Shown: piece by piece, positions 57,003 to 64,000 of the stretch | Numbering within the stretch: position 1 is the first letter of the stretch | Layout: each line of letters begins with the position of its first letter | Notes under the pieces: model-generated | Told to the model about the DNA's origin: nothing | The model's input: only the letters and a program-made list of their open reading frames with translations | Database searches by the model: none | Position numbers and translations under genes: made by a program | Assembly: GCA_964016885.1 (NCBI GenBank) | Contig: OZ024746.1 | Location: forward strand, 25,048,001 to 25,112,000 | Length of the DNA: 64,000 bases | Direction: 5' to 3' | From: Eledone cirrhosa | Lineage: Eukaryota

Positions 57003-57323
57003 ATCTTGTAGTCAGTAAATTGTATAATCAGTATAAATGACGACGATGATGATGATGATTAATAACTTTAAATAAAGATCTTAATCAGGAATATACTAGT
57101 TGGTAATTACCACTTAATTATAAGTTTGTTAACCAAATAGTGCAGTTTTAAACATATGCTGTTGAAAAATATTTTTTTTAAATTACAAAAAGCTGTAAAG
57201 CCTCCAAAAGATTGTACATATGCGTTTGTATATGAGCCTTGAACATAGACTGGGGTTTTAATAACAATGAGGGTTGGGAAAACAATTAACCATGTAAGTT
57301 ATGGTTATACTGTGTGTGTTTAT

Positions 57324-57389
<66 letters not shown>

Positions 57390-60300
57390 ACTGGTGCATC
57401 AAACAAAAATACTTTGTTAAGTTACGTCCCTTCACGTCGAGGTAGATTTACATATCTGAAAATAGAGATTGCTATGACAAATACAAAATTAAGAGCTGGG
57501 GGTTGATATAATCGATTAAAACCTCTAGTAGGCAATGTCCCAACATGGCTGCCCTCCTAAAGCTGGAACTACTAAAGAATAGACATATACACACACAGAC
57601 AAACACAAATAGGCGCGCGCACGCGAACGTAAACATTTAATTATCAAGGGAAGTTACTCTGAAGTTCCCAGGGAAACTAACTCTTGCAGATACGCTTTTT
57701 TTTTGTGTGTGTTATTTTAAACAAACTGTAATGATTGTCTTGTAGGTTTATATATACCGGAACAGTTTTATATATACGAGTACATAATTGAAAATATAGC
57801 CAGCTTCGATATGATTTAAGTCTACATACTTTGATGAACACAGGCATGGCTGAATAGTTAAGAAATTTGCTTCACAATCAGTCTCAGATTCGATCCCACT
57901 GTGTGGTATCTTAGGCAAGTATTTTTACAATAGCCTTGGATTGACTCCAGCCTTGTGAGTGAATTGTACATGTAATTCAAAAGGTCCAGCCTTGTCACAT
58001 ATTGTGTCATGGTGATTCAGCTTGTAGCAGAATCATTAGAACGTCAGGTAGAATCCTTCGCTGCATTCATTTTACCTCTCTGCCCTCTGAGTTCAAATCC
58101 CACCAAGGTCAACTTTACCTTTCAATGTTGATAAAGTACTGCAGTCAATTTTTCCTCTGTACATCTTTCTCACTTCTCTCCCTCACACTATCTCTCTCTT
58201 TAGAAGAAATTGGCTGTGTTCAAACCTGAAGAGGGATGAGATCCACCAGCTTTAAGACACACCCTTACGAGTCCATTGGGAATTAAGGGCCAAAATGAAA
58301 TGAAATGATTCAGCTTGATAATTATGTTAAGGGTACACGTGTCTGTGGAATACTCAACCACTTACACATTAATTTCATAAGTTGTATGACCAGTTGATTG
58401 AACCACTGACTGCATTTAATCAATAGTGATGGCGGATTCATCATCATCATTTTATAATTATAATCAATTCAATTTCTGTTTCATCGTTAACTTCTACTTA
58501 GCAAAAGTAAATTGGCAGAGTCATTAGAGCATCAGATTAAAGACCTCTGTAGTTGCTCAAGCTCTCTGCACTCTGAGTTCCAATCCTGCCAAGGTCAACT
58601 TTGCCTTTCATCCTTTCAAGATTGATAAATATGATATCAGTCCAGCAGCAGTTGCCTGGTGGATTTGATAAAAATTTGGACAAGATTCTTTGTGGTATCT
58701 CATCTGGCTCTGTATGTTCTGAGTTGAAATACCATCTTCTACCAGAAATCACAACCAGCAGGTAGTATTAGCAGTAGAAAGACCATTAGAAACCTAGGTA
58801 TACTACCAAGAGTTGTGATCCACAGAGAGTATCAGCAATGGAAAAACCAATGGAAACATTGCTTCCTTGGTCTGATTTAATGATCAGCTCCTTTCCGCCA
58901 TCTTAATAAAACAAAATTTATGGTAAAGAATTATGTTTTATTTGTTCCCAGTAACTAGATAAGATCTTTTTATTAGTTGCTTCATTCTTACTGAAAATAG
59001 TTGGAATTGAAGAAAAAAGAAAACTGTTCATATAACTACATTGAAAATAAATTAGAATATTCAAATATATAAAATGGAAAGTCACACATGAATATCTACC
59101 ACTACTTCCACTGTCATTACCACCATGAGATGAAAAATCTGGCAGTTTGGCAGGAAAGGAGTTCATAATAAAAATGTCAGTTATTTTATTAAATTCTTCA
59201 AGAATCTTTGATTATTTTCAAAATTACTTGAAACACATTGGCAGTGTATTTCGTTAGAAATGCGATAACAAAAGTGTTTAAAGTTTCTGTGAGAGAAATG
59301 GATATTGAAAGGAACAAGATATAAAACTTACTTTCAAGTCAGATGGTTCTTGAGGGTCACCATATGCTATATTTAGTTGGTAAAACCCCAAAATACAAGT
59401 GGCTCCAAAAACTGTCCCAAACGTGACTCTTTTAATAAGGCTTCTCCGGGAGTGTTTCGTTGGACCTTCAATACAAGAAGAACATTGTTATAGATTACCT
59501 GATCCTTATCATCATCATCGTTTAACGTCCATTTTTCCACGCTAGCATCGATTAGATGGGTTGTCCCGTTTGAGGCAAGTTGGATCAGGTGACCATATCT
59601 TGCTCACACAGAACTGTTTCTGGCTTGTTTTCTATGGCTGGATGCCCTTCCTGATGCCAACAACATTTACAGTGTGTGCTTTTTGTCGTGACTCCGACAT
59701 GACCATTTCACAGAGTGGGCTGGACACTTTTTGTCGTGTCGCCATCATTGAGCACATAATTCTTGATGGAGCCCTATGTTGAGGTGCTGTGTCTTGGACA
59801 TTTTAACCCTTTCATGGTCACATTTCTAATGAAATATACTTTATTCCAATTAATGAAGAATTTAGAGAGATTTACTGAAATTATTTCATTATTAAGTTGG
59901 TAGTTGTACCACAATTTGACAAAACTAGATTATAATTCAAATAGGAACTTTTTACAGTGAGTGCTTGTGTTTCTCAGTGAGGTAGGACAATGAGATATGA
60001 CAGTGCTATCCAGTTATCCAAAAGAAGACCAAAAAATTGCATCATCACCACCATGATCAATTTACGTCCAGTTTTTCATGCTAGCATGAGTTGGACATGT
60101 TGTCACGGTCAAAGACAAAATATAGTCAGGTAACCACGTCATGCATATTTTATGCACATTACATATTTTGGTAAGGTTTCTATAGCTGGATCCCCTTCCT
60201 GATGCCAACCACTAGACAGTATGTATTGGATGCATTTTATCATGGCACCAGCACTGGAGAGATTGTTAGGTCCTTGACATGACCAAAGGTTTGTCTCTAC

Positions 60301-60609
60301 ATGCTAATACATATTATTTACACATTTTCTCATATTTTCTATCCCATTCTCTGAAAATTAATTGCACGATACAAATGAAGAGAAAAGTTTCTCTTTCTCT
60401 ATCCCCCTCTCTCTTTCATGGTTGTACATTCTACTTACTGGTTGACTGAAGTCTACAAGTTTGTGACAGTCTGGTGAAGAGTCTGGCAGGGAGCAGAGGT
60501 GACCGATAGGTTTTAGCGGCCAAATATCGTAGAGACATCATGGTTTCTGAAAAATAAAATAAAATTATAGAAAGATAAAGAAATAAAAATTTGGTGGTTG
60601 ACTGGCAGA

Positions 60610-60922
60610 ATGTTGAGTGCCATGGACAAATTCCTTGCTGTAATTATTTTGATTCTTCCATACACATCACATGTCCATACCATTGCAGTTTTCACTCTTG
60701 TTCATTGGACCCTTCTAATACAGAATTTTTCTGTCAGCTCACATCATTCTTGTACACTAGTATAACACATCCACCAGTTCAGGCTCACTTCATTTCTTAC
60801 TAACCTTCTCAGGTTTTCTGCAGTCAAGTAGTTCACTTCACTCTGAGGATGAGACACTTTGTTGTCAGAAGAGGTATCAGATGCCTAAACTTCATCCAAC
60901 CTGTTCTTATTCTGGTTATGAC
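60610..60922 (-). mobile_element. Decayed RTE LINE fragment
   Basis: Minus strand resembles the post-RT region (RIRTGWMKFRHLIPLL..; R..QWYGHV). Confidence 0.55.
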
Positions 60923-60924
60923 TT

Positions 60925-61236
60925 AGTAGTGAGGGTATTTAGCACACAATTGTAAGGTCATGAGTTCAGTTCTTGGCAGCACATTGTGTCCTTGAGCAAG
61001 ACACTTTATTTCACATTGCTCTAGTCTACTCAGCTGGCAAAAATGAGTTGTACCTGTAATTCGAAGGGCCAGCTTTGTCACATTCTGTACCACACTGAAT
61101 CTTCCTGAGAACTATGTCAAGAGTATATGTGTCTGTGGAATGCCCTGCCACTTGCACATTGATTTCATGAGCAGGCTGTTTCGTTGTTTGTATCAAATGA
61201 AAGACTCATCATCATAACCGACAGCTTGCCAGTTTT
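60925..61236 (+). mobile_element. CORE-like tRNA SINE, near full length (fragments at 32740-32885, 49300-49715, 57845-58005, 58310-58420)
   Basis: B-box-like gagttcagttc; CORE-like gtgtccttgagcaagacactttatttcacattgc; shared 3' body. Confidence 0.7.
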
Positions 61237-61494
61237 ATATATAACAGTAATATTGAAATATCAACACAGTTGTCTTTTACACATCTCTCCCTCCTTCTCT
61301 CTATTGTAAACAGAATCACCAAAAAATAACTAAAGATAAGTAATCAATTTTGTGGTGGTGTGAAATTGTGTTAATGTAGAGTAAAGGTTGTCAAACTTGT
61401 TGGGCCTCCCCCACCCCAGCAACCCCACTCCTGTTTCCAGAGAGGCCTGCCTACACACAAATTGTAAATAATATATAATAAATAAAATCGTTAA

Positions 61495-62353
61495 TCTATA
61501 TATAATCTGTATATATATAAAATTAAGTATGTGTGTGTGTGTCTGTGTATTACCTACAGGGGCCTACATCTTACGACCGATTTTCATGAAACTTTACAGG
61601 CTCATAGATTAGTCATCGGGGAGTGTTTTCTATATATCAGCGTATCGTTTTTTTATTCCGGGGTCATTCTGCAGATAAAAATCGATAGGGAGTCACCTTT
61701 TTTTAGGTATCGAAAAATAAGATTTTTGGCTCTAGCTCCCACATTTTGCCACCGATTTCGTTCAAATTTTAAAGCAAAACAGAATTTATCATTGCACATC
61801 CTGTAATGGCTTTTTATTTTGCATTTGTTGTTCAGGGACGGTGTGGCAGCCACTTAAATATTCAAAAATACCACTTTTAGACTCAAATTTCCACTTTTTC
61901 AGCTCTAGCTCCCACATTAATCAACCTACTTTGTTCAAATTTTACACTACGCTAGATCTGATTATTTCACGCCTTAAAGTGGTTTTACATTTTAGAATTT
62001 ATCATTGTACATCCTGTAATGGCTTTATATTTTGCATTTTTTTTGTTCAGGAACGGCGTGGCAGCCGCTTAAATATTCGAAAATACCACCTTTTCGTTTA
62101 CATTTCGGCCTTTTTGGCTCTAGCTCCCACATTTTTCAACCGATTTCGTTCAAATTCGAAACTCCCTCCCCCAGCATGCCCCTTCGTCAGTTACCTGCGT
62201 TTCTCAGTGATAGAGGTCATCACCACCATCCCCCGCATGGCCTGTGTGTGGGCATAGATGAGTCATCGAGAAGCAGTCGCTAAGATCAACACCTTTTCAT
62301 CAAAGCAGATATTATTTTACCTACCCAAGCAACGCTGGGTACTGGATACCTAT
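61495..62353 (+). mobile_element. Non-autonomous Helitron-like element with ~210-bp internal repeats
   Basis: A|TC start, gtgtctgt microsatellite, accgattttcatgaaactt motif, 3' hairpin acccaagcaacgctgggt, then a degenerate CTA(G). Confidence 0.6.
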
Positions 62354-62600
62354 GAAAGTTATACTATGTATAAATACATATATATATTTTATTTTACTAT
62401 ATTTATATATAATATGTATCATTTGATATTCAATATACTATTATATCATATGCATACAATACGATAATATTATTATAAATAATAAATTCATGGTGTCCCT
62501 CAATCCACCACCAAAAAAGAGACTTTCCTACATGCGCAAATATATTCTTACTCAATAGAATAATGCACAAATTTACAACACATATTGGTGAAGTCAATAA

Positions 62601-63196
62601 TCTATATATCTAAAACAGAGAATGTCTGTCTGTCAGCTTCCTAAAACTCGAGAACCACCCAACCGATTGTTTTCAAACTTTACACATGTAATACGTATGG
62701 TCCTGTGAGTGTTTTGAGAAAAAAATTTCAAATTTTCAATGTCCTAGGGACTACATTAGGCGATTTAGCGATCTCTCTCTATAATTCTTGGTCTTTCTTT
62801 TTAGATAGATACATAGATATAACGTTGCGCCCTTATAATATCTGTCTGTATGTCTGGCTGTCTGCATTACGACATTATGACGCTGTGTGTGTATATATAT
62901 ATATAGTGTGTCACGTTTTTCGAAATATTTACTTCTGCGTTCACAGATTGATTTTTTTAGTTTCAGAAGATCCCGTTAAGGGTGAAAGCAGCGATTCTTT
63001 GTTTAAACTTTAATCTGTTATTTTAATATATATATATATATATATAATTATATATTCGTGTACAGATATTTTTGCATACACGATAACAAAATATGAACAA
63101 ACGTATTTATATCACGAGGCTCGATAAGGATAAATATATATCAAATGTATAAGAACCCTAGAGCAAATCCCGAGCAACGCCGGGCCATTCTGCTAG
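62601..63196 (+). mobile_element. Non-autonomous Helitron
   Basis: Inserted between A and T with no TSD; 5' TCTATATAT, (GTCT)n, 3' hairpin cccgagcaacgccggg, then CTAG at 63193-63196. Confidence 0.85.
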
Positions 63197-64000
63197 TATA
63201 CCACTAAAACAGACTGTCCAGATAGGTTTTTAGGGAGGGGCTCAATGAGAAGGGTGAGTTTAGTGAAATGAAAATAACCTCACAATCTCAGACTGAATTG
63301 TTCTAAGAATAACAGTCTCTCCATTCCTCCAAATGCCCCCTTAGGCCCCAGTGCCCCCCCCCCCCGGATCTTCTCAATGTACCGGGAGGGGGCAGCACGC
63401 CCACTTTGAGAACCTTTGATGTAGAGTGTATATAATATTAACATACAAGGGTAGGCTAAAAAGTTCATAAGCTGACTAGGAAGGAATGATGCCTGGTGCT
63501 GTGCAATCTTGTATGCATTAATTTCAACTCTTCTTATTAATAACTGTATTGTTTGTTTCCAGGAACTATGCTGAAAAATAAACTCTCTCAAGTGGTAGTA
63601 CTAGTACTACAATAAAATGTGCTCAATACTAGTTGAGCCTGTCTAGTCTCAAAATGTGATCAGCAGGTGGTGATATTAAGTTAGACATGGTCTTGGCCAA
63701 TACTGGCCAAAAACCTATCAAAGTTATCAAAGTTAGTTATAGTCCAAGCCATTCCAACATGGAAAACAGATGTAAAAATGGTGATGATGATAAAGTTTTA
63801 TGCTGTTGTTTTTATTTTTAATTAAACTGGAAGGGCATCCACGCCGAAATACAGTTTCGTATGAATACGACGTGGTATCTGGACTAGACTTGTCTCATAA
63901 CATGACAACCTGTCTAACCCATGCAAGCATGGAAAGTGAATGTTAAATGATAATGATGATTACTAAATTTAAATTCTCACTTAATTATTCTTCATATTTG

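Overview
AT-rich, repeat-saturated eukaryotic DNA, most likely an octopus or other cephalopod. This is inferred from the SINE/RTE repeat content and is not verified. Contents: a ~15.7 kb 58-bp satellite (3.0-18.7 kb) containing a 3,024-bp higher-order duplication; one credible minus-strand coding exon (27.6-28.7 kb); young tRNA-derived SINEs with clear target-site duplications (TSDs); RTE LINE relics; piggyBac- and mariner-type MITEs; Helitron-like elements; and long low-complexity tracts that account for nearly all other ORFs. The main signal is about ten type I hammerhead ribozyme motifs from at least four sequence families between 31 and 57 kb. They sit in short inverted pseudo-LTR-like units beside (TA)n tracts, and two are linked to Penelope-like retroelement (PLE) coding relics. 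One family shows stem covariation. In another, a 228-bp inverted repeat starts at the predicted self-cleavage site.
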